A stretch of 64,000 bases of DNA, taken from NCBI GenBank assembly GCA_951406725.2, contig OX597820.1:85002001-85066000 (forward strand). Direction: 5' to 3'. The notes under the pieces were generated by a model. The model searched no databases. It saw only the letters and a list, made by a program, of their open reading frames with translations, and was not told where the DNA came from. Positions 1-14,052 of the stretch are shown here, piece after piece. Each line of letters begins with the position of its first letter. Positions within the stretch are counted from its first letter, which is position 1. A program made the position numbers and the translations under genes. The stretch is from Octopus vulgaris. Taxonomy: Eukaryota.

Positions 1-818
1 TATATATATATATATAATTCTTGTATTGTTATACTTCTTTCAGTTATTTGACTGCGACTATGCTGAAGCACCGCCTAAGACAGTAAAGACAATACTTAAT
101 GGAGTATATGTTATGTTCAGAACATTATTATTGAAGAGCTTAGATATTCTGAAGAACCGAATGCTCTCCTATATTGGTTATAATTTCGGTATCTCAGAAG
201 CACTGAAAGTATACGGTTGATGTCAGGTTGATTAGTGCATAGGTATCAAAACTCAATGATACAAGCTGACGTATAACTAAAATAGAATACATCTGCCTAA
301 ACGTATAGTTATGCATGAAGTTATCTACAGATAAGTATATGTAATACTGCATACAAACGCGCACATGCTAGAATCATTAAATGACTAATGCAATATACTA
401 ATATAACATTGGTGGCTGTATTGACACTTGCACGAATACACATACATATAATACGGTGCAAGTAAACTTTAGTTCATACATTCATGCATATTTACGTCTG
501 AATGCATTAATGCCGCCATATTTTAGAATTTTTAACCAGAACATATAAGAGAGAGAGAGAGAGAGAGAGCTGAGGGTATAGGTGATAGAGAGGGCAAACA
601 ATAAATAGAGAAGCAGAAAGACGGAGGAAGGGAGGGTTGGGGTTCATATGGATGGATGTTAAATATATATATATATGCATGAGTATGCGTGAGTGTATGT
701 GTGTATGTATGCATGCATGCATGTATTTATATATGTAGATGCGCGCATATAATGTGTGTGCATATATATATATGTATACACACACATATATATATAAAGA
801 TTAACACACGCACACACG

Positions 819-862
<44 letters not shown>

Positions 863-1944
863 ATATGTAAAAATATTTGTGTGTGAAATCATGCTTACAT
901 GAATATATTCTGTAGCATATGTGTGGCGTGGTTCCTTATATGCATGATATATATATATATAGATATGGATGAATGGATTGTTAATGTGTCGTAGTTTGAG
1001 TTAGAATGTACATCATAGTGTTTGTATGCGCTGACATCTATTAATATTTTAAGTGTAGGCGTTTTCCATTATATAATTATTCGAGTATAAACATACGCGT
1101 GTTTGTGCATCTCTGATATTGCATCGTCTTTAAACAAGAAATTTTGAAAATTCATGTTGAAAATTTCCCATAATCATTGCCCATTTTTGGTTGCATTACA
1201 TCGCCTTGAAATTCACGATCACAATTTTAACAAATACACCAACCCACTCAGGAAAAGCCATTTTCTCAATTTCTTTTTTTCTTTTTTTTTTTTTACTGAT
1301 TTCCCTACTATAGATTTTCTCATATCTACATATATGTTTGTTTTTTTCTTTAGAGCTTTCGTAATACAACAGCGTTTTCCATTACACATACTTGCCCTTC
1401 CACGCGTTAGTATATGCGCATTTACGCGCTATACATTTATATGTGCACATATCGTTTAAGCATACATCTGCGTATAAACAAGCTAGCAGATATATACAAA
1501 TATATAAGTGTTTTTGCGTATATGTGTGTGCTTGCGCATGTGGAAGAAAATAGTGTTATATATGGCCTATTCGTGCTCTTCTTCTTGTATATATGCGCTT
1601 GGGATAAGTAAGTATATGCCTCAATACTCACGCCTGTCTACATGTATCCGTCTCTATAGTTATGTACATACATACATTCCCTTGCGTATATGTACGTATA
1701 ATATCTTGTGTGTGTCTCTAAATTTGCATGTACTGAAATATATATGCCCCCACCCTCTTTTTTTTGAGCATGTATGTTCGTGCGCTATGCAATGATGATG
1801 TATGCATGTTTTTCAAATAATAACATATATATGCATAATTTTGATGTAGATAAATTTCGTATAAATAATGCATTACATTACATAAGTGAATTTTCATATC
1901 TATGCACTTAATTCAACATTTTCACGATACACCACATGCATGGA

Positions 1945-2072
1945 TATTTGGTGGGGAAGTTTTCTTTGAAAACACGTTCCACTGCGCAGGAGAATGGGCA
2001 AGTGCCTTCTTCTATATCCCCGAGCCGCCCAGTGCCATGTGGGCAGATTTGGTAGGTGGAAACTATCAGACA
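1945..2072 (+). mobile_element. Degenerate 5' fragment of tRNA-derived SINE family A
   Basis: ccactgcg...gggcaagtgccttcttctat...gatttggtaggtggaaact resembles the head of the copies at 8338 and 11745. Confidence 0.5.
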
Positions 2073-2124
2073 ATATATGAATTTAAGTAATTTAATTTAT
2101 ATCCACTTTCTGTATATTTTCAGC

Positions 2125-2168
<44 letters not shown>

Positions 2169-2331
2169 TGTATATATACTGATATATATTCAAATATAAA
2201 TACAAATATAAAAATGTGTGTATATGTGTGTGTGCGTGTGTACAAATAATCTCAAAACGTTTTATGCTTTACCCAGTATATATGGTTTTATTTCGAAGTG
2301 ATCTTGTAGCGACATGCTTTAAGAAATGATG

Positions 2332-2445
2332 AGGGGTGCCTCACTGGAAGCAGTGTTCTATGCGGCAGACATCTGTGGGCTGATGCTATTGCTAGATAAA
2401 CCTTCCACCTCCGTGCTTGAAGACCAATGACAGTGAGGCACCCCT
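2332..2445. repeat. 114-bp element bounded by a perfect 15-bp inverted repeat (possible mini-MITE)
   Basis: aggggtgcctcactg (2332-2346) / cagtgaggcacccct (2431-2445). Confidence 0.6.
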
Positions 2446-3339
2446 TCACTTTTCTGTGAAACCTCTGTCTAATAGCAGACCACTGAGATATAAAGCCAAA
2501 TATGCGGGGAAAGGCATAGGACAGTCAGGGGGTTTTTGTTTGCGCTCGAGGACATAGCTTTCTCTCTCTCTCTTTCTATATATATAATCAAAATAATTGA
2601 GATTCAGGTGAATTAGGTACTTAAGTCGAGGCACCGAAAATTAGTTCGGTAATATCCGTAAAATTTCAAAATAATGTGAATAAAATCAAAATTAGAAACA
2701 GAATATCTAGAGGCGATGCAGAACGAAAGTTACAAGCGGCTCCATTTCATTGAACAATGCAAAAATTTCATCATTTTAGATGCCGAGCTACTTTGGCTGC
2801 ATAAATAAATAAATATAATCCAATCAGTCGGACAAATTTGTATAATTGTACTTGTGTCCTCTAAGAGGGTAAGAAGACAGACAAAGTCCACGTTGTTTTC
2901 ACTTAAGCTTAGAAGCTACTGAGACATCAGGAAAAAATAAATTTTAGGGTTCTAGCTTGTCACTAATCTTTAGTTCGGTTTTGATTTACAGTCCTAGTTT
3001 AACAAATCTTTTTATATCAAAATCTAAGACAATAGAGTAATGTTTGTTAGGAAAGGACAGAATCATAGTGGGTATAGTCATAAAACTTGTCAATATTACT
3101 TGGAAGTAGTATAAAGTAACTGGCTATAATGAGGTTAGGTAAAGGAAGATCTTAAATCAAGATGTTAATTCCAGTTAAAGGGGAAATACTCTAATAAAAG
3201 CAATGATGATAATACATGGGAAATATTTAAACAATAATGTTATATTGTATAAAGATAAAATTTAGGGTTATCAAAAAATATTAAGAAAATATTGTAACCA
3301 AAATCATAAATTTTTGAATAATTTTGAGCATATACCAAA

Positions 3340-3712
3340 CTTTACAACAATAGAGAGACAGTGTGTTTGTAGTAGATGGTGATAGTGAGAGCGGTGTGGT
3401 GTATATTGAACGAAATGTCGAGAAATGCGACAGAAGTGTTGGCATTGAATTCGAGGGTAGGGTGGAAAGATAGGATAAAAGAGAGGAAGGAATCTAATTC
3501 TTCGCGTGAGAGTAAGACATCTAATTCTTCGCGCGAGAGCAAGGTCGAAACGATACAATCATCATTATAACGACTGTATAGTCCGGGAGTTGGAGCAGAG
3601 AATCGTGAGAATATTTGGTCCTCAAGTCGACAACGAACAGGTTCGCATAGTTTGGGAGCATTCTCGTTCACATGACCACACCCGAGTTTGTTGGTAAAGG
3701 TTCCCAGTGAAC
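3340..3712 (-). mobile_element. Penelope-like element RT core fragment (pseudogenised)
   Basis: NLYQQTR.. motif, then ORF 3342-3671 with LYSRYNDDC (RYxDD), SFHPTLEF, FLDI and TIYYKHT; contains an internal ~27-bp duplication (LSREELD x2). Confidence 0.85.
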
Positions 3713-3746
3713 AAGTACCAACAAATTTTAATCAATATGTTTTGAT

Positions 3747-3749
<3 letters not shown>

Positions 3750-3817
<68 letters not shown>
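3750..3817. repeat. (TA)n microsatellite, representative of dozens in the window
   Basis: direct inspection. Confidence 0.95.
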
Positions 3818-3818
<1 letters not shown>

Positions 3819-4468
3819 CTGAAATTATAAATGTTCCAATCAGCTTTGCATCAGTAAGTTGCGAAAATCGTTTTGCCGGAAACCAGCCATTTTTGTAAGT
3901 CAGGTCAACAAAGGCAGAGATATATAATTCATAGAAAAGCAAGAGTAGAAGCACTAAGTATGTATGCAAAATACCTATTTTGCAAGCCCCAGTTTTATCT
4001 TACGTTGAAAAATATCCTGGTTAACATACCATTCGCACTTATCATCGCATTTCCTCAAACACGAAGACCTCCATCGACAAAAGAGTTTTATCATTCTGCA
4101 AATGAAATAATAAATAAATTCCACATACTTACATATACACATACGCATGTGTCTATGTTTTATATATATATATCCTTCGAAATGTATACGTTATTTCCCT
4201 AAACATTTAATCTCCATTTTCTCTTCATTCCATTAATGTAATACATATAATTTTCATACCACGTACCATAAAATTGTTCCTTTCAGACAATTATACGTAA
4301 TTGATTGAGATTTCTGAAATAACAATTATTCATCGCTGCTAATAGATATCAGCAAATAAATTCTCAGTTTAATAGAAAGAGGGAAAGCCTTAAGAAATAA
4401 TCAATAATATATGCTTTTGAAATGTGATAACACCAAAAGGATAGCACTATTTCCATTACTTTTTTTAA

Positions 4469-4562
<94 letters not shown>

Positions 4563-4756
4563 AGATATACTCGAAATATTGTTCAGGTGAGAAAAGCAGC
4601 AGCTGAACATTTCTAGCCTATTTTCTTGCTATTGTTATGATGGCGATGTTTATTTCCTGTAAAGAGTTTATGGAAATCCACATACAAATGTTTTATCATG
4701 AAATGCAAGATATACCAATATTTTCAACAACTAGCAAGTAAACATCAGTAGAAATA

Positions 4757-4980
4757 CGAGGGTTGGCTCAAATGTTCATTGGCTGGCTATGAAGGAGTGA
4801 TGAGAATATGTGAAATACAAATCTTAATAACTGCATTGTTTTGCCTTTTTTTTTCCCAGTGAAATATATCTGACTATTCAAAGATCTCAAATGTAACTAG
4901 TAACGACTTCTGTTGAAACTGGAGAAAATTTGAAAACGTGGTTTTATGAAGTACTTGTATAAAAGGCGGTTTAGCCCCCT
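4757..4980 (+). mobile_element. mariner 5' end fragment
   Basis: TA|CGAGGGTTGGCTCAAA TIR-like start; decayed transposase N-terminus EKI*KRGFMKYLYK. Confidence 0.55.
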
Positions 4981-5203
4981 ACTATTAGAGCACCCTCGCT
5001 GACTATGGCTTAAAAAGTAGATATCAAACAGCCCTGCCCTAACAAGAACAGGCCCTTAAACTAACCTTGGGAAGATATCATTTAAGCTTCCTCTTTTTCC
5101 TTGAATATTAAAACTAATGGGAAAAATACTAGTCTCTGACAGATAATTCTTCTACAGCCAAATATATAAATCTTCAATAGACATTCCGTGAAAGTGTGTC
5201 TAT

Positions 5204-5375
5204 AGCAGTGATGTTAATTTAGCACGAAAGGGAAAATGTTTAGTGGTACTCCGTCTGTACTTACGTTCTGAGTTCAAATTCCGTCGACGTGGGTTTTGCC
5301 TTTCATCGTTTCAAGGTCGATAAAATAAGTAGCTGTTGAGCAAGAAATTGCTGGGTTTGTGCCGAAATTTGAAAT
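5204..5375 (+). mobile_element. SINE family B (degenerate)
   Basis: acgttctgagttcaaattcc...tttgcctttcatc...gtcgataaaataagta...aaattgctgg...gtgccgaaatttgaaa; related to the copies at 28609 and 51853. Confidence 0.75.
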
Positions 5376-5596
5376 ATAACTAACATCGTTTAACGTAAGT
5401 AAATTTTGTCCCCACCTTTCAGCAAAGTAACATAATTAAACAGCAATTTCCTTTGAAGCGTGTGAGGCAATAAAATCACTCAAATATGGCAAGTCTTTAT
5501 TGGAATCCGGTGGAGCCGCCCAGTGAATCTTGCTGAAGCTTTAACGTAGTTGTTCATAAATTTTTCCACTTTCTACGGTGTATCATTTCATATGAA

Positions 5597-5666
<70 letters not shown>

Positions 5667-5772
5667 GTGTGTGATTGTGTATAGAAGAATATATTAATAA
5701 AAAGAATATATTAAATATATAATATATAATAAAAAGAATATATTTATAAAAGACATAATCAAGGATCGAGCT

Positions 5773-6231
5773 ATGGTGCTTAGTAAAATACAGCCTAAAA
5801 ACTTGAAAACATTACTAACAAAGGCAAAATTTGACCTCAGCAACAAAGACCAAACATTCACGGTATCTAAATGCAATGATAGCCGATGTGGCACATGCCA
5901 ATTCATACATACCGGTCAATATATAAACACAAAAACCGGGAAAATATTCACAAACGCGAATATGAACTGCAAAAGCAGAAATTTAATTTACTGCATCAAA
6001 TGCCCAAATTGTGAAGAAATATATGTAGGTCAGACGGGAAACGCACAATTAGAACGCTCACGTGTACACCGGCAACAGATTAGAGACCCAGAGGTCCGTC
6101 AGATACCTTTGAGTAACCACCTAGCAACATGTGGTCGGAAAATATATATAATATTTCCATTCTACAAATTACACAGCCCAAGTGAAATCGAGAGGAAAAT
6201 CAGAGAAAAGAATTTTATTGATAAATTCTAA
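5773..6231 (+). pseudogene. PLE GIY-YIG endonuclease domain (5'-truncated)
   Basis: KCNDSRCGTC...NMNCKSRNLIYCIKCPNCEEIYVGQTG...R..H...RKIREKNFIDKF*PKLN; premature stop just before PKLN. Confidence 0.9.
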
Positions 6232-6739
6232 CCCAAGCTAAATAAGCAATAATAATAATACTTAGAGGTATTACTTCCACTGCTACGACCATGACCACTA
6301 ACAACAACAACAATACTAAAGGTGATCAAGACGAAGATAGCAGGAAAATTATCTTATTTAGGGTTAAAAGTTCTATTGCCACCACCATCACCACTAGCAA
6401 CAATAATTAAGGTGCTGACAATGATGATGATGACAATTGAAATATAAAAATATAAAAATCTCTGACAAAGGATATTTACAACATTTCTAAAAATAACCCA
6501 ACAATTGCTGCTTCGGCCAGGGTCAAGATACAGGACTCTTGACCTGTCCAACAAAGCGTGATGCCTAAACCAATCAGCTCAACCAACCAATCAGCTTAAG
6601 TAATTGAGTGATACTACACACTGATTGGTCAGAATACAGTTTGCAAAACCTAGCACTCTGGAGCCTACATATTTATAGCACAGAATCACTCATCTTGCTA
6701 CAGTAAAAATTGTGAAGCATGACTGTCAACACTACTACA

Positions 6740-6784
6740 TGAACCCGAAGATTGCAGAATTCAATGCATGAAAGTACTAGTTCA
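6740..6784 (+). ncRNA. Type I hammerhead ribozyme-like motif (C4 core variant)
   Basis: stem I TGAAC/GTTCA; core CCGAAGA; stem II TGCA/TGCA with a T-T first pair; GAAA; palindromic stem III AGTACT; CUA cleavage triplet. Confidence 0.65.
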
Positions 6785-6894
6785 ATCAGAATGAATATTT
6801 AACATATATATATTTTATTCAATTATAATATATTATCTTATAATATATCATTATAAGATTGTAAATAAAACGTGAAAATCAGACAAGGTATTTT

Positions 6895-6942
<48 letters not shown>

Positions 6943-6944
6943 CA

Positions 6945-7017
<73 letters not shown>

Positions 7018-7024
7018 CTGTACC

Positions 7025-7305
7025 ATATTTAAGGAAAGTGTTTGTTCAAGACAGATGGGGAACTTTTACCATTGTTGGTTTCAACATAAAGTGAAAGAAA
7101 TGGTGGGGGCTGGACAAATTATTCTGCTGGGTTATATTTTTAGGTTTTCGTAGTCTTCGTATCGTTAGAAGAGGAGTTGTACATTAATTTATCAGTTAAG
7201 TCATTATTGCCTAATGTATTGTTGTAGTAGGGGGTTGCCTTCTCGAAAATTTCTTTAGAGGAGATGTTGGATATTCTGTTGATAATGTTGGATATCAGGT
7301 ATTTT
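7025..7305 (-). mobile_element. Penelope-like RT thumb/linker fragment
   Basis: minus-strand translation RISNISSKEIFEKATPYYNNTL...VETNNGK...LNKHFP. Confidence 0.7.
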
Positions 7306-7458
7306 AAGCACTATGAGTGGTAACAAGACTCAGTAAACTGTGTTTTTCTTTAGTTCGTTTATTATATATTTACTTATTTACTGGTAGCTGGTTCTGTACA
7401 GGATATCGTGATTTGGAATGATATTAAATGGAGTACGGCTCATTTGTTATATAGGTAA

Positions 7459-7832
7459 CAAGGGCGCGCTGAAGAGTACCTGGCTTTAACCCATATATAT
7501 ATCTGGTCGTGTTTCCGCAACGCAAAACCTGCTCCTACTTGTTTGGATATGAACTCGCCGGGAAGCATCTGACTGAGCATACAGGATGTTCAGTAGATAA
7601 TCTAAATACAATGAAATTTTAAGATTTCTTTTATTCTTTTCATAGGCATATATTGGTTAAGGTTATTGTGAAAGGGCGGGTTGGACGCCTGACATTTCAA
7701 GTCCTTTTACAGAGATTAGAAAAAAACCCCCGAAGGACCGCTGCAATCTGAGAGGGGAGTACGTTCAATAAAATCATGATTAACTCATCTTCCTGTATTT
7801 TTGTTTATCCAGGATGTATTCAGCACGCCCAC

Positions 7833-7833
<1 letters not shown>
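7459..7833. mobile_element. mariner-type MITE (~375 bp)
   Basis: 25-bp imperfect TIRs caagggcgcgctgaagagtacctgg / ccaggatgtattcagcacgcccacg (18/25 by eye), TA at or next to both ends. Confidence 0.6.
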
Positions 7834-7874
<41 letters not shown>

Positions 7875-8337
7875 TATCATAGTTTTAAATTTGAAACATC
7901 TGAACCTGCCGTTACTCAATTCACATCTCTCTTCGAATTTATAGCTTTACAAATTATCCCTACCAAACTGCCTATCATCATTCTTCTATAGCTGAACCAT
8001 CTACCCGAAAATCTCATATTGTGAAGACGTAAAAGAACAATAATGATTGCTCGACTTCCGTAATTTAAATTATGAATCACATAGCAAATACTTTTAATTT
8101 TCCAACAAAAGGAAAAGGAAATGTGATCGTGACGTAGAAATCGATACCACATGTAGGCTATTGCTGTCGTGGGTAGTTGTGTAAAGCATGATTCGCAACC
8201 AATTTATGGTCGTTAATTCGAGAGAAGACAACGGCATCGAAAATTTGTGCATCCGTATTTGGATTTGTATGCACTGCCTGACTCGCTGTGTCATTGATTC
8301 ATATATGCTGAATACGATTTTGCTTTGTGCACATGCA

Positions 8338-8630
8338 GGCGTAGGTGTGGCTGTGTTGTAAGAAGCTTGTTTTCCAACCACATGGTTCCTGGTTCAGTGT
8401 CATTACGTGGAACCTTGGGAAATGTGTCATGTACAATAGCCCTGGGCCGGTAAATGCCTTCTGAATGGATATGTTAAACGGAAACTCAAAGAAGCCTGTC
8501 GTATATATAATATATATTTCTGTATGTATTTTTGTGTCAGTGTTTGTTCCTTACCGCCGCTTGACAACCAGTGTTGGTGTTTTGTATTTGTGAATTAGCG
8601 GTTCGGCAGAGGAGAACAAGTACCCGGCTT
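8338..8630 (+). mobile_element. tRNA-derived SINE family A
   Basis: A/B-box-like head gtggctgtgttgtaagaagcttg...ggttcagt, then ggaaact..aagaagcctgtcgtata and gcttgacaacc..tgttggtgt. Confidence 0.85.
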
Positions 8631-8639
8631 ATGTATATC

Positions 8640-8664
8640 TGTATGTATATAATACATATATATA

Positions 8665-8700
<36 letters not shown>

Positions 8701-8729
8701 TGTATGTAGCTAGCTAGCTAGCTAGCTAT

Positions 8730-8804
<75 letters not shown>
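8640..8804. repeat. Compound (TA)n/(TATG)n/(TAGC)n/(TAGA)n microsatellite
   Basis: direct inspection. Confidence 0.95.
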
Positions 8805-9216
8805 TTCTTTCATTCTTTTCATTTATTTGTTTCAGTCAGTTGATTGCGGCCATGCTAGAACACTGCTTTCATTCGAAGAAATTGACCCCATGGCTTATTC
8901 TTCGTAAGCCTAGAACTTATTCTTTCGATCTCTTTTGCTGAACCAGTAGAATGCGGTAACATAAACACACCAACATCGTTGTCAAGCGATGGTGGTTGGA
9001 ACAAACGCAGACTGACAAAAATATATACACCTCCAGACTCACTCACACACACATATATATGACAGGCTTCTTTCAGTTTCCGTCTACCAAATCCACTCAA
9101 GGATTTGGTCGGCTCGAGGCTATAGGTAAGGAGATTTGCCTAGGTGCCACACAGTAGGACTGAACCCGAAACCATATGGTTGGTAAGCAAGCCACTTTCC
9201 ACACAGACACTCCTGC
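8805..9216 (-). mobile_element. tRNA-derived SINE family A, near full length
   Basis: reverse complement of the family A head (9100-9216), body and tail; inverted relative to 8338-8630. Confidence 0.9.
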
Positions 9217-9913
9217 TGAAAGGCACAGCATGACGCCTAGGTTAAGAACTAAATTTACGATAAAATCATCGTAAATCAGAATACCTCAACTTCTTCAACA
9301 TTGAGCATTCACACACCCAGACACTGATAGACAGCCTTCAGAATACGTACACACGGAACTCTCTACACAATCACAAACACACAACATTTCCCCCAAACCT
9401 ACACATACATACAGCCAACCATTCGAACGCGCGCATTCATGAAAAAAAGAACTCATAAATTTGTAGTTTGGTAAACACGTTGAACAAATTGCATTCTTAA
9501 AATATTCATTGACCGATAAAAATCACTCAACAAGAGTAAACATTCATTTGCTAATAAAAATATATCTAATGCAAAAACATTCATTCACTGATTACAACAT
9601 TAATCGAACATAAATTTCACCTACGGAACTCACTCCTGTATCCGTATTCAGTATTAAAGCAAATATTTACCGATGTAACCTCTCAACAGACCTCATGACA
9701 ATCAATTATCAAAAACGTTCATCGACCTCGTTATACGAGATAATGCATCCCACAGTAGTTGGTCTTGGCCAAAGCTGCTATTTATCGAACAAACCAATTT
9801 CCCGAAATAAACTCTTCAATTACTAAAACAACAGAGAAACACCTTGCTAAATATATCCTACACGGAAAAATAAATCATGTAATTCTGACACACAGGCGCT
9901 AGCGCACAATATC

Positions 9914-9968
<55 letters not shown>
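9914..9968. repeat. (TAG)n microsatellite
   Basis: direct inspection. Confidence 0.95.
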
Positions 9969-11744
9969 TACAGGATGCCCCGTTTAGTAGCAACAATAAT
10001 TTGCCCTGAATACCCTTCGATAAATGTTATGATATTTTATGAAACCAATGAAGTGATAGAAAAAGAAAAAAAAAAACAGTTCAAGCAAGTTCCTTATTTT
10101 GTCTGTTTGTTGTTGACTTGGTGAATGTTAAATGGTGTAGTTGGCTTTAAATATGGATCGATCCGGTTCTTGCATATCTTGGCAAATTATACAGTAGTTT
10201 GGAAAAAGGATTTTTGTGGCTTGAGTCACCGCATTTAAAAATCTTTAAAAATATTTTTCAGTATAGTATATAGATATAATTTGTGAAGCTGAATCCGAAT
10301 TTGTTATCTATTTATTCCAGATAAATTTTAGGAAAATATTACAGGCGTTCAAGGTTTGATAATTTTCAGAACTTTCAGCCAATAAGAAAACAGCGTTCAG
10401 TGCCTCTTTCATCAAAACATTAAAAGTAACAGTGAAAAAGATTAAAACATACTCGAATAAATTAAATATTTAAAAGCTTCGAGCAAACCAACTATAGTTG
10501 CTAGAAATAACAGTCTAAATGTTGCTTAAAACAGACATGAAAATAAACAATTATGGAACACGGTGTGGTTAAACTGCTTGTATGCATGTAGTGCATATTT
10601 GGCAACTGTGGAAACAGAGTTCTTTGCAAACGGTTATGGAACATGTAGTGGTTACACTCCTTGGTTACTAACTTGGGCTAAGAGAACTTCAATATGATGT
10701 GTAAAATACTCGCTTCTGATTGGTTACAATACCCAAACTTTGCAAACTTTAATGTCTAGTAACTTTTTGATTATAAATTTATTGGAAAAATGTTTTTCGT
10801 TTTCATAATTAGTATATAAAACTTAATCTATATGCGAAATAAAAAAAAAAACCAATTGGAACAAAATTGGAGATATTCATTCAAACCACAAAACTCCTGA
10901 AAGTATAACTACAATTTCAAAACTCCAAATAGATGCACATTGCCACATGAAAGAGTACAGTGTTCTTGGTAAGGATTGTGACTTGGGAAGCGATGTCCTT
11001 GGTATCCCTCGCAACAGCAAATTCCTGCGTCTGGCATGCAATTATGAAGGAAACAATGAAAAATCATTGATTAATTAAATGTCTTTCAGTTAATTAATTC
11101 TCTCATGAAAACTTTGCTGAATCATGCCGTATGTATAATGTAGGGAACCCTAGATTATTGACAGACAAAAGTAAGTTGTATTGGTTGGAACTAATCATTC
11201 ATCACAATGTTGTACATCCCAGTCTGTTTGAATGAGATATTAACACTCCTTCTGGAGGTGTCTTCATGCCAAGCAACATACGGTTTATTATCCACTGCAT
11301 GCCGCGTTGTATTTTCAGATAATTTAAATTTCACCTTTGCCATCACTCACTGTTTTCAGTATTAATGATGTATATATTTCTTTTCATTCTCTATGCTTTT
11401 TTAATATAATACACACGTATTATCCCACACTATATAATATATATTTACCCCTCCATCCCCCACTATCCTTCAACTGAATAAGCTTAATCATCTATATTGT
11501 GCGATGCATCATTTTGATTTTCACATTGTAAGGAATTGATTTAAGGCGATTTGATTTCATTTATAGAAGAGCAAATACGTTGAGGAATGGTTTTAGGTAC
11601 GAAATATTGGGATATTTTGCCGGATAGAACTTGTTTTCTTTTAATTTACTTCATGATAATTTGATTTACAATAGTACAAAAAGAGATCGAAGGTACATTT
11701 TTCTATATAATTTCTCTGAATTTTGTTAAAAACATTACTGTGCG

Positions 11745-12165
11745 CAGGCGTGACTGCGTGGTAAAAAGCTTACTTCCAACCACATGGTTCAGGATTCAGT
11801 CCCACTGAGATGTACCTTGGTCAAGAGTCTTTTGCTCTAGCCTCGCGGCGAGGCTTTGTGATTTGATGTGGTAGACAGCAACTGGAAGAAGTCCGTCTTA
11901 TATGTGTGTGTGTATGCGTGTGTGTGTATGTGATGTGTGTGTATGTGTATTTGTGTGTGTGTGTGTGTGTTTTACCCATCACAGTTCACAACTGGTGTTG
12001 GTTTCTTTATATCCTCAAAACTTAGTTGTAGAATGAACTTACCGACAGAATAAGGGCCAGAGATATCACTGGGCCTATTTATTAAATGAAAAGTTTGTCA
12101 AGTCGATGTACCAACTTTGCCGTAGTTTAATAACTGAAACTGAACATGATGTAAAATAAATGTTA
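11745..12165 (+). mobile_element. tRNA-derived SINE family A
   Basis: gcaggcgtgactgcgtggtaaaaagcttacttccaaccacatggttcaggattcagtcccactg head, internal (TG)n, decayed tail. Confidence 0.85.
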
Positions 12166-13439
12166 TAAAATGTTATACTTCCCGACATTTATTACATTAT
12201 TTCTTTGATGTCTTTTGATAAGTATACATAGTGCTTCCACTTTTAAGAGTGTATATTTGCTTCTATTTAGTGCCAATAATTTACTAGTCATATGGTATTA
12301 GAATACTAGAATACCTTCGATTTTTGGGAGGAGGTCTCTCCACAACTATATGGTTTTTAATTCAATTCCACTGATAGGCATCTTTGAAAAGTGTTTTAAC
12401 CGAAGTCCACCACAAACATACAAACGAAACTAAGGAATTGATTGATTCCATTGACGACGACGTTCCCGTACTTGAATAGTATTCCTAATGTGCCTCTATC
12501 ATTTTTCATTTGCTTTTCTTTAACATATTCCTCTCTATTACCAGTATTCAAGTAAGCTTTCCACGTTAGAGATAACGTCCTCTATTGATCCTTTCTTACA
12601 AACATGGGGACTTATCAAAGTGGAAGACGGATGCTTTTAATTCTCACTTTGAATACTCTGTTTAAAAGATGTTGCGAAAATGTCATATGTTTGCTTTTTA
12701 TCATTTAATTATTTATTTTTAAAGTGCCTTAATTGTTAAGGAAGTCTCTGAAGGATAGAGGGTCTCCATGTTACTGACGATATTTACAATTTTCACTGTC
12801 GCATGAAATATTCCCAGCATTTATTAGCAAATGTATCTGGCTAATTCCTTGCGTATTTAAGAAACCTATATTGATTCTGTACTACAAAATATGAACATTG
12901 TTACATCATGTTGCATCCCATATTCTCGCCAGAAGTAGAAATCTATATACCAAAATTGTTTTCTTAAGTGTGCATTTGTAGCAAGAACATTATCTGTGAT
13001 CAAATTTTGCTAAAGTATTTAAAGAAATTCTGACAGCAGTGTATTAAATGTGTTCATCAGTTATTCTTCCAAACATGCAGAGAAATATTTCTTCATATGT
13101 GTTGCGCATATAATAAATACATGTCATGTACATGCTTAGAATCTGCAATTATCTTGTCGTAACATTCTTCGGGAGTGCATGTGATTAATTTCATTTTCCT
13201 GTGATTGAATTCCTAAGCAACTATTAATATCACTAATCGTTTTACTACACATACACACTCACATGTACATGCACATACACACTAACACATGTATAGACAC
13301 ACATACGCACCCACACTCATATGTGTCTCTCTGTTTATTTCCTCTTCTTCCTTTCTGCTGATGCGCGTAGGCTTGAAATGTAAGTGCCCATTTCCTTTTT
13401 TTGTTTTTCTATAAATTTCGTCTGTATATATATACATAG

Positions 13440-13536
<97 letters not shown>

Positions 13537-13703
13537 CATATCATAAGTTGAAGACGGGAAGGATGACTTCCCTTTGCAAATACTGACAGGACACAGAAAG
13601 TGTGTCTATGGCCAGCTGGAGGAGTGTGTCCTCCTGGGGCTAAAAACTACAGTAGCATCCACCCTTAGGGGTTAGCCATATTGAAATGGCAAAAATACGT
13701 CAC

Positions 13704-13845
<142 letters not shown>

Positions 13846-13876
13846 TTTGCTTTTCGAAAAGCTTTGCCCGCTGTTG

Positions 13877-13907
<31 letters not shown>

Positions 13908-13910
<3 letters not shown>

Positions 13911-14052
13911 AGCAAAACTATTCGACGAACGGGAACGTGAAACTGAGTGACAGCTTTTTTTCTGCTGCTTTTAAATAAACCATATTACTCTGCCTCTGGT
14001 ATTTGAGTACTCTTAATTCCACCTCGTTTCACATGTATGTGTTTACTCCGGT
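13908..14052 (+). mobile_element. PLE terminal-repeat-like fragment with degenerate hammerhead (13918-13953)
   Basis: CTAT-TCGACGA-ACG GGAA CGT-GAAAC TGA GTG-ACAG followed by an AATAAA-containing tail. Confidence 0.5.

Larger units (their letters stand above)
5694..6800 (+). mobile_element. 3' part of a Penelope-like element: GIY-YIG endonuclease plus 3' terminal repeat with hammerhead
   Basis: ORF 5773-6231 followed by non-coding 3' region and HHR at 6740. Confidence 0.9.

Noticed and set aside
155-219. Hammerhead-like remnant (AACC..GAAAGTATAC GGTT)
   Set aside because: Core strand largely missing
10130-10916. Possible non-autonomous DNA transposon with short imperfect inverted ends
   Set aside because: TIR match too weak to define boundaries
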